A stretch of DNA of 64,000 bases from an uncultured virus (IMG/VR IMGVR_UViG_3300044637_000715) (lineage: Duplodnaviria > Heunggongvirae > Uroviricota > Caudoviricetes): the IMG/VR virus record IMGVR_UViG_3300044637_000715; one strand, 5' to 3'. How positions within the stretch are numbered: position 1 is the stretch's first letter; every line of letters starts with the position of its first letter. The notes beneath the pieces are model-generated. The model was not told the DNA's origin and did not search any database. It was given only the letters and a program-made list of their open reading frames with translations. A program made the translations under genes and the position numbers. Shown here piece after piece: positions 41,916 through 53,445 of this stretch.

Positions 41916-44900
41916 ATGCCACAGAATACTAACCTAAACGTATCTCCATACTTTGATGACTTTGATGCACAAAAAGGTTATCAAAGAGTTTTATTCAAAC
42001 CAGGAACTCCAATTCAAGCAAGAGAGTTAACAACTCTTCAATCGATTTTACAAAATCAAGTTGAAAAGTTTGGAAACCACTTCTTTAAAGAAGGTTCCAT
42101 GGTCATTCCAGGTCAAATTGGATATGACTCGGAATATAGTTATGTGCAAATTGACGACACACATTTGGGAATTCCAGTATCAGCATATATTGATAACTTT
42201 GTAGGCAAAAGCATAAAAGGGGAAACAAGCGGTGTTACTGCAGTAGTAGAAAATTATATTACAAATACAGAATCAGAAAAAAATAATTATACATTATATG
42301 TAAAATATAAGAGTTCTAGTGATACAAATTTTACAAATAAAACTTTTGTTGATGGTGAAAATCTAATCTCATTAGAAGATGTGGATTACACACTATCTTC
42401 AATTAGAGCAACTACATCCTTTGCAACTTCTATTATTTCTGGTTCTGTTGGAAAAGGATCTGCTGCAAAAATTGAAGCAGGTGTATATTTTATTCGTGGA
42501 TTTTTTATTACTGTTCCAAAGCAAGTAGCAATTTTAGATCAATACACAAATACCCCAACATATCGTGTTGGTCTTTTAATTAATGAAGAAATTGCAGTAG
42601 CATCAAATAATTATAATGATTTGTTTGATAATGCTCAAGGATTTTCAAATTATGCTGCACCTGGTGCAGACAGATTTAAAATATCTACAACTTTAATTAA
42701 AAAGGAAATTGATGATTTTAACGATCAAGATTTTGTAGAATTGATGCGAATTGAGAATGGTGGATTAACTAAATTTGTAGATAAAACTGATTATAATTTA
42801 ATTAGAGACGAATTAGCAAGAAGAACTTATGATGAATCTGGTGATTATTATGTAAAACCTTTTGATATTCAAATAAAAGAATCACTAAATGATAGAATTG
42901 GAAATAATGGAATTTATTATTCAAGTCAAAAAACTAAACAAGGAAATACTCCATCAAAAGATCTTTCGTGTATTTCAATAAGTCCAGGAAAAGCATATGT
43001 TCGTGGATATGAGATTGAAACAATCAGTAATACTATTGTAGATATAGAAAAACCAAGAACAACAGAAAGAGCAGAGAATGTATCAATCCCATTTAATGTT
43101 GGGAGACAAATATTATTAAATAATGTTTATGGTTCTATTAGTGTTGGTATAACAACACAAGTAAGTCTTTATGATACCAGAACAGCAACACCAGGTTCTT
43201 CATCTGGAACAAAAATTGGAGTTGCTAGATTATATGACTTAAAGTTAAAAAATACAGCATACTCAAATGCTTCAACTCAATTCGAGAGTTCCCTTTATGA
43301 TATTCAAACTTATACAACACTAACAATCAATACTGCGTTAACGCAAACTGCTCCAGCATATATTCAAGGAAAAAATAGTGGAGCTAAAGGTTATTTAGTT
43401 AGTAATGTATCATCATCTACTTCGTTAACATTATACCAAGTTTCTGGTTCATTTATAGCAAATGAGCAGATTAAAATTAATGGTTTGGATGTTTCTCGAA
43501 CAATCACATCAGTAAAAGATTATTCTTTATCTGATGTTCATCAGTTATATTCTCCTGGGTTTACTGCTGATCCAATTTTATCAAAAACATTGTCTGTTGC
43601 AGAACCAGGAACTCAATTTACTATTACATCTGGTGGAACAGTAACAACTTCAAATCAAAACTTTTATGTTGGAATCAATGTAGGTGATATTGTATCATAC
43701 ACAAAGCAAGGAGAAAGTATACCTACTTACAATAAAGTTTCTGTTGTTAGTGGATCTTCAAAATCTTTAACTGTTGTAGCAAGTACTTCTGTTTCTGGTG
43801 TTTGTTCTGGTTCTCTTCCAGGTTCAAATATTACTGTAAATGACTTCAAAATAGTATCTTTGGATGTTTTGAATACAAAAAATGCTTTTTTATATGCACG
43901 TTTAAATAACTCAAAAGTTTCAAATTTAGATTTAACTGGTTCTGATATTACATTCAAAAAATCTTATAGTATTACTGCTGGTGAATTTAGTGATGGTGCT
44001 TGGAGTGCGACATTAGAAACAGACACATCATTGACATTTGAACCATTTGATGAAGAAGATTATAATTTAACTTTTGCTGATGGAACCGTAGCAATACTAG
44101 ACAATCAAAAACTAGTTCCGAGTGGAAGAACTATATCTGTTCAAAATATTACTGCGAATTCAGGTGCAGCTATATTAACTGCAACTCTTAAAAAAATAAA
44201 TACAAAAACTCGTAAAAAGATATACAATAGATGTTCTAGTTTAACAATCAACAAAACTTCTTCTGGTATTTCCACATCTATAAGTGGTTTAACGACTAGT
44301 ACTGTTTATGGTTTGAGAGTTGAAGATGAAGAGATTTCATTAAATGTTCCAGACGTAGAATCAGTTATTGGTATTTTTGAATCATCTTCTTCCTCGTCTC
44401 CAACATTACCATCAATCACAATAATTGGATTAAATTCAAATATTTTAAATTCAATCAAAGGGGAAAGAATAGTTGGTAAAGATACTGGAGCAGTTGCAAG
44501 TTTAGTATCAAATGATGGAACAAATGAAGTAAAATTTGTTTATCTAAATGAAAATATTTTTTCTGTTGGAGAAACTATTACTTTTGAAGAATCTCAAATT
44601 TCTGGAACTGTTGACTCAATTCAAGTTGGTGATAAAAATATTAGAACTAACTTTATTTTAGATGAAGGTCAAAGATCGGAATATCTTGATTTCTCAAGAC
44701 TTATTAGAAAACCACAAGTTTCTGCTCCAACAAAACAAATTACAATTATCTATAATAATTACACAATAGATTCATCAGATAGTGGTGATTTTGTTGGAGT
44801 AAATTCTTATGATAAAGATAGATATGGAGATGATATATCATCAGTTGACGGAATATCTTTAAGTGATGTTATTGATTTAAGACCAAGAGTTGCTTCATAT

Positions 44901-47900
44901 TCTGGTACAAAATCACCATTTGAGTATGAATCAAGATTATTTACTGGAGAAAATTCATCTAGAAATATTTTTGCACAAAATAAAGCAATAAATTTATCTT
45001 ATGACTATTACTTACCAAGAATTGATAGGTTATTTTTAACAAAAGAAGGATCATTTATCGTAAATAAAGGTGTTCCATCACTTCAACCAAAACTTCCAAA
45101 TAATTTAGATTCTTGTTTGGAGATTGCATCAATTCGTTTGCCTGCTTATTTGAATAATTCAGAAGATGCATCAACAACTTTAGTACAACACAAACGATAT
45201 ACAATGAAAGATATCTCCAGATTGGAAGATAGACTTTCGAATGTTGAATATTATACATCACTATCTTTACTAGAAACAGATACTCAAAATTTAACTATAA
45301 GAGATTCTACAACGAGATTGGATAGATTTAAATGTGGATTCTTTGTTGATAATTTTAAATCTTATAATGGTGGAGAAATAACAAATCTAGATTATAAAGC
45401 AAGTATTGATACTGCTAATGGATTATTGAGACCAACCCATTATACAACTTCTATAGATTTACTTTTGGGTTCTGAGGCAGTTATTGGGATTGGGCAGACA
45501 TCAAATCCAAATGCAGATTTACGTTTTGTTAGTGATTTAGGTTCTCCAAACATAAAAAGAGTTGGAGACGTTGTTTGTTTAAATTATTCAGAAGTCGAAT
45601 ATGTAAAAAATGAATTTGCTACAGGTACTGAAAATGTAAATCCTTTTAATGTGATCAACTGGATTGGATCAATTCAATTAAATCCATCAAGTGATACTTG
45701 GGTTGAGACAAGAAAAACAGAAAGAACTTATGATATTGAAGGTGATTATAGTACAACAGTACAACAGCTTGGTGTAGATAGTAATACTGGTCTTTCTCCT
45801 ATAGATTGGGGTGCATGGGAAACTACTTGGACTGGAACTAGTAGTTCTGATGGTCCAACTTTAGCTAGACTTCAAACAGGAAGTACATCTTCCACAACAA
45901 CAATCGATCCACGAGGAAGAGGTCGCAGAAGAGTAACCGACACAACCACAACTGTAAATGATTTTATAGAATTTAACAATCAAACAGTAACTACAACAAC
46001 AAATCAATCCAGACAAGGAATTCAATTTGGTGTTACTGAAAGATTTGATTCTACAAATCTTGGAGATAGAGTGATTTCTAGAGAAATCATAACAACAATG
46101 AGATCTAGAAATATTGAAATTATTGCTAAAAGATTAAAACCATCATCAAGAGTTTATGCATTTTTTGATAATGTTGATATGACATCATATGTCGTACCAA
46201 AATTAATTGAAGTTTCAATGTCTAGTGGAACTTTTACTGCTGGTGAAACAGTAGTTGGATCTTTAGGTTCAAAATCTATTAGATTTAGACTTTCAACACA
46301 AAATCACAAATATGGTCCATATAATTCACCAACAGAAATATTTTCAACAAATCCATATTTACTAGAAAATTCTTTATCTAGTTCATACTCATCTACAACT
46401 ACATTATTAAATGTTGACACTGCAAGTTTAGAAATGCAGGCATCATCTGGTTTTTATGGAAGTATTGCAAAAAGTATGCAATTGGTGGGTCAAACCAGTG
46501 GAGCAATTGCAATTATTTCTAATGTAAGATTGATCGCAGATGAAACTGGAGTTTTTATTGGTTCATTATTTGTTCCCGATCCAACAGTTCCATCAACTCC
46601 ATCTTTTAGAACTGGAACAAAAACTTTTGTATTAACATCAAGTTCAACAAATTCTTTAGTAGTTACTTCAGATGAAACTACAGCAGAAACCAATTTTACT
46701 TCTGCTGGAACTTTGGATAATGTTGAAAATTCTACACTTAGAATTAGAAATGCAAATGTTGAAAGAATTCCACAAACAGATGCACGAACACTTACCGATA
46801 TTGATACTAGGTTAGTTGCATCAAATACTTCTACAACATCAACATCAACATCCAGCAGATGGGTAGATCCACTAGCACAATCATTTGAAGTTGCAGATAG
46901 TAATGGGGTTTATATTACAAAATGTGATATTTTCTTTGCAACAAAAGACACAAAAGGAGTTCCAGTAACACTTCAAATTAGAACGATGCAAACTGGTTTC
47001 CCAACTCAAACAGTTTTACCATTTGCGGAAGTTACATTAGATGCAAAAGATGTTAAAACTTCTGAGGATGGTACTATCGCAACTACATTTACTTTCCCAT
47101 CTCCAGTTTATTTGGAGAAAACTGGTTCTGGATATTCAATCGTATTGGTTTCTTCTTCCAATGAATATAATGTATGGATTTCAAGAATGGGAGAAGCAGA
47201 TAAAGCAAATCCAAAAAAAGTTGTTTCCCAACAACCAACTCTTGGAGCATTATTCAAATCACAAAATGGAGCAACTTGGACTCCATCAGATTTAGAAGAT
47301 TTGAAGTTTACCTTATATAGAGCAGATTTTGTAACTTCTCCAGCATCATTTAGATTTTATAATCCAGATTTATCTATTGGTAATGATCAAATTGTAGCAT
47401 TGAGACAAAATCCTTTAAATTCCTATTCAAATTCAGCATTAATTGGTTTAGGAAAGAGTTTATCTACATCAGAACAAAACTCATTGGTTATTGGAAATAC
47501 AATTAGTCAATCAACTAATACTAATTTCACTTCAAATCTTAGATCTCTTGTTGGTGCAGTTGGAATTGGATCAACATTAACCTTGACAAATGTTGGTTCT
47601 GGATTTACAAGTGGAGCAACAGTATATTCAAATATAAGTTTAGTATCATTAACAGGATTTGGAAGAAACGCAAAGGTAAATCTTTCAGTTTCTTCTGGTG
47701 TAGCAGTTGCTGCAACTATTACTGATGGTGGTTCTGGATATGCTGCTGGTGATACATTGACTGTAAGTTCTACAGATACGAATAATCTTGGAAAAAATCT
47801 CATTTTAACTATTCCAAATAATGTTGGAATTATTTCAGCAGTTAACTCTATTGTTGTTGAAAATATACAAGGAAAAGTAGATGCATCGGGAACAAAAACA

Positions 47901-49340
47901 ATTACAAATAATGGAACCGAAATAACAGGAGCAACAGTAACCAGTACTAATAGTATTACTGATGGATTGCACTTTAAAGTTAATCATCAAAATCATGGAA
48001 TGTATTCACCAGTGAATCAAGTCATTTTAAGTGGAATTGAATCTGATATTGCCCCAGTTAAATTGTCTGCTGATTATTCTTCTACTTCTACTAGTGATAT
48101 TACACTAAATTCAATTGGTACTTTAGCAACATTTGAAAATATAAGTGTTGATGCAAATAATCCAGGATATATTATTATTGATAATGAAATTATCAAATAT
48201 ACAGGAACTAATGGAAATACTTTAACTGGTATTAGTGGTGGAAGAGGAATTGATAATACAGTTGCAACATTACATTTAACAAATGCATCTGTATTTAAAT
48301 ATGAATTTAATGGAGTTTCACTTAGAAGAATTAATAAAACTCATAAATTCACAGATGTTGATTTGGTAACATATCCAATTGAACTTGATTCTTATCATAT
48401 AAAAATAGATCAAACAAAATCAGGAACTGATAGAAGTACTGGAAATACTAATGGTTATCCAGAACTATTCTTTAATCAATCAAAATCTGGTGGAACATAT
48501 TTGTCAATACCAACTGTTGGTTCGTTTAATGGACCAAAGGCAACACAAAATATTACATTTAACAGCATTAGACCAAATATACAAACATTATTACCAGAAT
48601 CAACATCAGTTGGAGCAAAAATTAGAACAATAACTGGAACAAGTGTAAGTGGAACTGAAATTTCATTTGTAGATAGAGGATTTGAAGATATATCTTTAAC
48701 TTCTACCAATCAATTAAGTGAAACTTCTACGATTTATTCCAAAGTAAATGAACTTTCAAATTTAACTGCATTACCAGGAAATAGATCATTTACTATGGAA
48801 CTTTTATTATCAACAGGTGACAGAAAGGTATCTCCAATGATTGATTTGCATAGAGTAAGTTTAATCACAACAATGAACAGAATCAACAATCCTGTTTCTG
48901 ATTTTACTTTAGAACCAAGAGTCAATCAATTGAGTGGTGATCCAAATTCCGCAATTTATGTTTCAAAACTTGTAAAATTACAAAAATCCGCAGATAGTTT
49001 AAAAGTTCTCTTTGATGCTTATAGACATTCAACAAATGATATTAGAGTTATGTATAGATTGCTTAGAAATGATACTCCAGATTCACAGCAATTATATGAG
49101 TTTTTCCCAGGATATGATAATCTTGACGAAAATGGAAATGTAATCAATTCTTCAAAAAATAATGGAAGGTCTGATAGATTCGTTCAAGCATCAAACACAT
49201 TAAATGATTTTGGTAATTATGAATTTACTGGAAAAAATCTTTCTCCGTTTAATGGATTCCAAATCAAAATTATTATGACAGGAACAAATCAATCATATGT
49301 TCCTTTAATTAGAGATTTGAGAGCAATTGCAACAGTATGA
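41916..49340 (+). CDS. VrlC-like (DUF4815) large virion structural protein
   Basis: NLNVSPYFDDFD...QARELTTLQSILQNQ; APGADRF; ARRTYDESGDY; DPLAQSF. Confidence 0.88.
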   Translation: MPQNTNLNVSPYFDDFDAQKGYQRVLFKPGTPIQARELTTLQSILQNQVEKFGNHFFKEGSMVIPGQIGYDSEYSYVQIDDTHLGIPVSAYIDNFVGKSIKGETSGVTAVVENYITNTESEKNNYTLYVKYKSSSDTNFTNKTFVDGENLISLEDVDYTLSSIRATTSFATSIISGSVGKGSAAKIEAGVYFIRGFFITVPKQVAILDQYTNTPTYRVGLLINEEIAVASNNYNDLFDNAQGFSNYAAPGADRFKISTTLIKKEIDDFNDQDFVELMRIENGGLTKFVDKTDYNLIRDELARRTYDESGDYYVKPFDIQIKESLNDRIGNNGIYYSSQKTKQGNTPSKDLSCISISPGKAYVRGYEIETISNTIVDIEKPRTTERAENVSIPFNVGRQILLNNVYGSISVGITTQVSLYDTRTATPGSSSGTKIGVARLYDLKLKNTAYSNASTQFESSLYDIQTYTTLTINTALTQTAPAYIQGKNSGAKGYLVSNVSSSTSLTLYQVSGSFIANEQIKINGLDVSRTITSVKDYSLSDVHQLYSPGFTADPILSKTLSVAEPGTQFTITSGGTVTTSNQNFYVGINVGDIVSYTKQGESIPTYNKVSVVSGSSKSLTVVASTSVSGVCSGSLPGSNITVNDFKIVSLDVLNTKNAFLYARLNNSKVSNLDLTGSDITFKKSYSITAGEFSDGAWSATLETDTSLTFEPFDEEDYNLTFADGTVAILDNQKLVPSGRTISVQNITANSGAAILTATLKKINTKTRKKIYNRCSSLTINKTSSGISTSISGLTTSTVYGLRVEDEEISLNVPDVESVIGIFESSSSSSPTLPSITIIGLNSNILNSIKGERIVGKDTGAVASLVSNDGTNEVKFVYLNENIFSVGETITFEESQISGTVDSIQVGDKNIRTNFILDEGQRSEYLDFSRLIRKPQVSAPTKQITIIYNNYTIDSSDSGDFVGVNSYDKDRYGDDISSVDGISLSDVIDLRPRVASYSGTKSPFEYESRLFTGENSSRNIFAQNKAINLSYDYYLPRIDRLFLTKEGSFIVNKGVPSLQPKLPNNLDSCLEIASIRLPAYLNNSEDASTTLVQHKRYTMKDISRLEDRLSNVEYYTSLSLLETDTQNLTIRDSTTRLDRFKCGFFVDNFKSYNGGEITNLDYKASIDTANGLLRPTHYTTSIDLLLGSEAVIGIGQTSNPNADLRFVSDLGSPNIKRVGDVVCLNYSEVEYVKNEFATGTENVNPFNVINWIGSIQLNPSSDTWVETRKTERTYDIEGDYSTTVQQLGVDSNTGLSPIDWGAWETTWTGTSSSDGPTLARLQTGSTSSTTTIDPRGRGRRRVTDTTTTVNDFIEFNNQTVTTTTNQSRQGIQFGVTERFDSTNLGDRVISREIITTMRSRNIEIIAKRLKPSSRVYAFFDNVDMTSYVVPKLIEVSMSSGTFTAGETVVGSLGSKSIRFRLSTQNHKYGPYNSPTEIFSTNPYLLENSLSSSYSSTTTLLNVDTASLEMQASSGFYGSIAKSMQLVGQTSGAIAIISNVRLIADETGVFIGSLFVPDPTVPSTPSFRTGTKTFVLTSSSTNSLVVTSDETTAETNFTSAGTLDNVENSTLRIRNANVERIPQTDARTLTDIDTRLVASNTSTTSTSTSSRWVDPLAQSFEVADSNGVYITKCDIFFATKDTKGVPVTLQIRTMQTGFPTQTVLPFAEVTLDAKDVKTSEDGTIATTFTFPSPVYLEKTGSGYSIVLVSSSNEYNVWISRMGEADKANPKKVVSQQPTLGALFKSQNGATWTPSDLEDLKFTLYRADFVTSPASFRFYNPDLSIGNDQIVALRQNPLNSYSNSALIGLGKSLSTSEQNSLVIGNTISQSTNTNFTSNLRSLVGAVGIGSTLTLTNVGSGFTSGATVYSNISLVSLTGFGRNAKVNLSVSSGVAVAATITDGGSGYAAGDTLTVSSTDTNNLGKNLILTIPNNVGIISAVNSIVVENIQGKVDASGTKTITNNGTEITGATVTSTNSITDGLHFKVNHQNHGMYSPVNQVILSGIESDIAPVKLSADYSSTSTSDITLNSIGTLATFENISVDANNPGYIIIDNEIIKYTGTNGNTLTGISGGRGIDNTVATLHLTNASVFKYEFNGVSLRRINKTHKFTDVDLVTYPIELDSYHIKIDQTKSGTDRSTGNTNGYPELFFNQSKSGGTYLSIPTVGSFNGPKATQNITFNSIRPNIQTLLPESTSVGAKIRTITGTSVSGTEISFVDRGFEDISLTSTNQLSETSTIYSKVNELSNLTALPGNRSFTMELLLSTGDRKVSPMIDLHRVSLITTMNRINNPVSDFTLEPRVNQLSGDPNSAIYVSKLVKLQKSADSLKVLFDAYRHSTNDIRVMYRLLRNDTPDSQQLYEFFPGYDNLDENGNVINSSKNNGRSDRFVQASNTLNDFGNYEFTGKNLSPFNGFQIKIIMTGTNQSYVPLIRDLRAIATV

Positions 49341-49537
49341 TACCAGTAGAAGGGCATAAAGGATTATATCGTGATGAAAAATCAAACGCAATTGTAAATT
49401 GCAATGATTATGAATATCAAGAATATTTGAAAGTTAAAAATTCATCATTGGATGAAAAAACTGAAATTGAAAATTTAAAGACTGAATTGACGGAGATAAA
49501 ATTATTGCTAACAAAACTATTAGAAAACAAATCCTAA
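49337..49537 (+). CDS. conserved hypothetical protein
   Basis: VEGHKGLYRD..SNAIVN; coiled-coil tail. Confidence 0.8.
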   Translation: MIPVEGHKGLYRDEKSNAIVNCNDYEYQEYLKVKNSSLDEKTEIENLKTELTEIKLLLTKLLENKS

Positions 49538-49570
49538 ATATATTAGGAAAGATTTTATCTAGTTCTCATA

Positions 49571-49909
49571 ATGGCAATATATGTAGTTAATATAACAATT
49601 CCAGGAGGTGCTGATTTTCAGCAAACATTTTTTCTTGAATCGACAGCAAATACTCCACTGAATTTAACTGGATATACTGGATATGCAAAATTGAAGAAAT
49701 CACCAGCATCATTAAATACTTCTGCTACTTTTATAGTTTCTTTTCCCAATAGAACTGATGGGAGAGTTAAAATTTCTTTAGGTTCAACTACTACATCATC
49801 TTTAAAACCAGGAAGATATTGTTATGATGTATTATTAGATAGTGGAACATCGAAAACAAGAGTTGTTGAAGGAAGTGCATTAGTTACTGCTGGAATTACC
49901 ACTGCATAA
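49571..49909 (+). CDS. virion structural protein
   Basis: NITI..GADF...LNLTGY...GRYCYDV...TRVVEG; CTAAATA 49534. Confidence 0.8.
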   Translation: MAIYVVNITIPGGADFQQTFFLESTANTPLNLTGYTGYAKLKKSPASLNTSATFIVSFPNRTDGRVKISLGSTTTSSLKPGRYCYDVLLDSGTSKTRVVEGSALVTAGITTA

Positions 49910-49914
49910 AAACT

Positions 49915-50142
49915 ATGTCAGACATTAGAGTAAGGACTAATTCGGACAATTTAATAAAAGTAAGACTTGGTGCGGATAACGCAAACAGAGTAGTTTCTGC
50001 TGTTGCAAATTTAAAAATGAAACTTTCCGATTTGGATGATATTAACGATTCTTCGGGAATACCAAATAACTCTGTACTTGTCTATAATTCATCAACAGAA
50101 CAATGGAATCCATATCCATTTATTGATGGCGGTACATACTGA
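49915..50142 (+). CDS. small structural protein
   Basis: LSDLDD...SVLVYNSSTEQW...IDGGTY. Confidence 0.75.
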   Translation: MSDIRVRTNSDNLIKVRLGADNANRVVSAVANLKMKLSDLDDINDSSGIPNNSVLVYNSSTEQWNPYPFIDGGTY

Positions 50143-50169
50143 TAAATAATTAGAGTTTTCAATTAAATA

Positions 50170-50985
50170 ATGGCTCAACCATCAACTCGTCAGGGATTAA
50201 TTGATTACTGTTTAAGAAAACTTGGATATCCTGTTTTAGAAGTAAATGTCGATGACGACCAAATTGACGATTTGGTGGATGATGCTATTCAATATTTTAA
50301 TGAAAGGCATTATGATGGTGCAGCAAGAGTATATTTAAAACATAAACTTCTTTCAGGAGAAAGAGAAACAATAAGAACAGATAAAACAACATCTACAGCA
50401 AATTCTCAAGTTGGAATTACAACAGTTGTATATGAAGAAACAAATAATTTTATTCAACTTCCAGATACAATTATTGGAGTAAATAACGTATTCAAATCAG
50501 ATGCAAATACTATATCATCTGGTTTGTTTAATATTAAATATCAAATATTTTTAAATGACTTATATTATTATGGTGCTCTTGATTTATTAAATTATGCAAT
50601 GGTAAAGACACATTTGGAAGATATTAGTAGAATTATAACTCCAGATGTTCAATTGAGATTTAATAAAAAACAACATAGATTATATCTGGATATTGATTGG
50701 GCAATGGTAAATGAAAATAGTTACATTATTGTTGATTGTATTCGAATTGTAGACCCATCAGACTTTTCAGCAATATATAACGACTGGTGGTTGAAAAGAT
50801 ATTTAACAGCAATCATTAAAAGGCAGTGGGGACAAAATTTAATCAAATTTAATGGTGTTCAACTTCCTGGTGGAATTACGATGAATGGTGAAAGAATATT
50901 AAATGATGCGATTAGAGAAATTGAAGAACTTGAAAGAGAACTCAAGACAGATTACGAATTACCTCCAATGGATATGATAGGATAA
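50170..50985 (+). CDS. gp13: neck protein gp13
   Basis: LIDYCLRKLGYPVLEVNVDDDQ...KRQWGQNLIKF..VQLPGG. Confidence 0.95.
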   Translation: MAQPSTRQGLIDYCLRKLGYPVLEVNVDDDQIDDLVDDAIQYFNERHYDGAARVYLKHKLLSGERETIRTDKTTSTANSQVGITTVVYEETNNFIQLPDTIIGVNNVFKSDANTISSGLFNIKYQIFLNDLYYYGALDLLNYAMVKTHLEDISRIITPDVQLRFNKKQHRLYLDIDWAMVNENSYIIVDCIRIVDPSDFSAIYNDWWLKRYLTAIIKRQWGQNLIKFNGVQLPGGITMNGERILNDAIREIEELERELKTDYELPPMDMIG

Positions 50986-52364
50986 TGTCTCCACTAAATC
51001 CCTATTTTTTACAAGGTTCTTCAAGTGAACAAAGACTTGTTCAAGATTTAATCAATGAACAATTGAAAATGTATGGGCAAGATGTTGTATATATGCCCAG
51101 ACAGTTGATTAATGAAAAAACGATTATCAAAGAAGTTTTAGTATCAAAATTTGATGATAGTTTTAGAATTGAAGCATATATTTCAAATTTTAATGGATTT
51201 GGAGGACAAGGAGATATTTTATCAAAATTTGGTGTAAAAACGAGTGATGAACTAACTCTTATTATTTCAAAAGAAAGATATGAAGATTTTATATCTCCAT
51301 TTTTATTAGATGACCAAGACATTAAAGTTGCAACAAGACCACAAGAAGGAGATTTAATTTATCTTCCAATTGATAATGGTCTTTTTGAAATCAAGTATGT
51401 TGAAGGAAAAGTTCCATTTTATCAGTTAAACAATCTTTATGTTTATGAATTAAGATGCGAAATCTTTAGATATGAAGATGAACTTATCGATACTAGTATC
51501 GACGAAGTTGATAGGTCTGTTCAGGATTTTGGTTATATTCAAACCATTACTATGGTTGGAGATACTGCAACTAGAGCAACTGCAACTATTTCGATTGCTT
51601 CTACACTAAACAGGTCAGTTCAATATATTGATTTAATTAATGATGGAACTGGTTATCTATCTACTCCAATAATTCAAATCTCGAAAGCACCAGTAGGTGG
51701 AATTGATGCAACCGCTGTTGCCATTATGACTAGTAAAACAGGAAGAACAGGAGATTCGATTGATAAAATTCTCATAGTTAACCCTGGTGTTGGTTATACA
51801 CAAGTGCCATCAGTTACAATTGTGGGACAATCTGGTTCTGGTGCAATTGCAACTGCTGTGCTTGCTTCTGGAACTTTGGGAATTGTAACTATTACTTCTG
51901 GTGGTAGTCAGTATTCATCTCCTCCTGTTGTTTCTATATCCACTGCTCCTTCTGGTGGAGTAAATGCAACAGCAGAAGCAGTCTTAACAGTCACTGGAAT
52001 CGTAACAGCAATTCGATATACGAATGCTGGTGCTGGTTATACTGTTACTCCAACAATTACACTTACAAGTCCAATTGGAATTTCTACTGGTAATTTTGAG
52101 TTCAATGAAATAATCAGAGGTGTTTCTACTGGAACTACTGGATATGTGAAAGATTGGGATGCGGATACAAGAATTCTTAAAGTTTCTATAGTTGGTGGGA
52201 ACTTTGCTAATGGTGAATTGATAGTTGGTGCAGCAGCAACACATAAAGTATATTCAATTAATACATTTGATGAATATGACCCTTATGCAGAAAATATCGA
52301 AATTGAAGATGAAGCAGATGGTATTCTTGACTTTTCGCAAAAGAATCCTTTTGGTGGTTACTAA
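50985..52364 (+). CDS. gp14: neck protein gp14 (with insertion)
   Basis: EQRLVQDLINEQLKMYG...LSKFG...RPQEGDLIY...DFSQKNPFG. Confidence 0.93.
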   Translation: MSPLNPYFLQGSSSEQRLVQDLINEQLKMYGQDVVYMPRQLINEKTIIKEVLVSKFDDSFRIEAYISNFNGFGGQGDILSKFGVKTSDELTLIISKERYEDFISPFLLDDQDIKVATRPQEGDLIYLPIDNGLFEIKYVEGKVPFYQLNNLYVYELRCEIFRYEDELIDTSIDEVDRSVQDFGYIQTITMVGDTATRATATISIASTLNRSVQYIDLINDGTGYLSTPIIQISKAPVGGIDATAVAIMTSKTGRTGDSIDKILIVNPGVGYTQVPSVTIVGQSGSGAIATAVLASGTLGIVTITSGGSQYSSPPVVSISTAPSGGVNATAEAVLTVTGIVTAIRYTNAGAGYTVTPTITLTSPIGISTGNFEFNEIIRGVSTGTTGYVKDWDADTRILKVSIVGGNFANGELIVGAAATHKVYSINTFDEYDPYAENIEIEDEADGILDFSQKNPFGGY

Positions 52365-52386
52365 ATAATTAATAAATTATATTGTT

Positions 52387-53445
52387 ATGCTAGGAACTTA
52401 TAGTTACAATGAAATAATCAGAAAAACCATTATTGCTTTTGGTACACTTTTTAATGAAGTGTATATTAAGCATGAAGAGAAGGATGGTACTGATTATAGT
52501 TTTATGAAAGTTCCTATTGCTTATGGTCCAACTCAAAAGTTTTTAGCAAGAGTAGAACAAAAACCAGATTTGAGAAAAAGAGTTGCGATGACTCTTCCTC
52601 GAATGTCTTTTGAGATGACGAGTTTAAAATATGATAGTAGCAGAAAAGTTTCTGCTATGCAAACATTTAAGGCAATAAAAACTACTGACAGAACAGAACA
52701 AATTAAAGTTTTTATGCCAGTTCCCTATAACATTGGATTTCAACTTAGCATTATGACTAAGTTGAATGATGATATGTTGCAAATTGTAGAACAAATTCTT
52801 CCAGCATTTCAACCAAATTTCACATTAACAATTAATTTGATTTCATCAATAGGTGAGAAGAAAGATATTCCAATAACTCTTGAGGGAATTAATATGGAAG
52901 ATAATTATGAAGGAAATTATACAGAAAGGAGAGCTTTAGTATACACATTAAACTTTACGGCAAAAACATATCTATTTGGTCCAATTGCTGATAGTACAGA
53001 TGGATTAATCAAAAAAGTTCAAGTTGATTATTATACAAATACAGATACTAAGAATGCGTCAAGACAATTAAGATATACTGCTACTCCAAGAGCAATTAAA
53101 GATTATAATAACGACAACACAACAACACTTTCTCAAAACATTGATGATAAAGTAACTGTATTTAATGTTTCCAGTGCTGTCTCATTAGTTGAGGGTTCCT
53201 ATATTATGATTGGTAATGAAGAAATGTATATTAAAAATATTTCTGATAATATTCTTACTGTATTAAGAGGGCAAGATGGTACATCAATTGAATCTCACAA
53301 TGAAGGGGATTCAATTGATGCGATTACAGTTGAAGATAATGAATTAGTTGAAATGGATGATGATTTTGGATTTAGTGAATCTCGTTTTGATTTTGGTGAT
53401 GGTAAGATTTATAGTACAACAAAGGGGATTGATGTATCATTATGA
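52387..53445 (+). CDS. gp15: tail sheath stabilizer / terminator gp15
   Basis: IRKTIIAFGTLFN...VPIAYGP.QKFLAR...LPRMSFE...QIVEQILP. Confidence 0.93.
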   Translation: MLGTYSYNEIIRKTIIAFGTLFNEVYIKHEEKDGTDYSFMKVPIAYGPTQKFLARVEQKPDLRKRVAMTLPRMSFEMTSLKYDSSRKVSAMQTFKAIKTTDRTEQIKVFMPVPYNIGFQLSIMTKLNDDMLQIVEQILPAFQPNFTLTINLISSIGEKKDIPITLEGINMEDNYEGNYTERRALVYTLNFTAKTYLFGPIADSTDGLIKKVQVDYYTNTDTKNASRQLRYTATPRAIKDYNNDNTTTLSQNIDDKVTVFNVSSAVSLVEGSYIMIGNEEMYIKNISDNILTVLRGQDGTSIESHNEGDSIDAITVEDNELVEMDDDFGFSESRFDFGDGKIYSTTKGIDVSL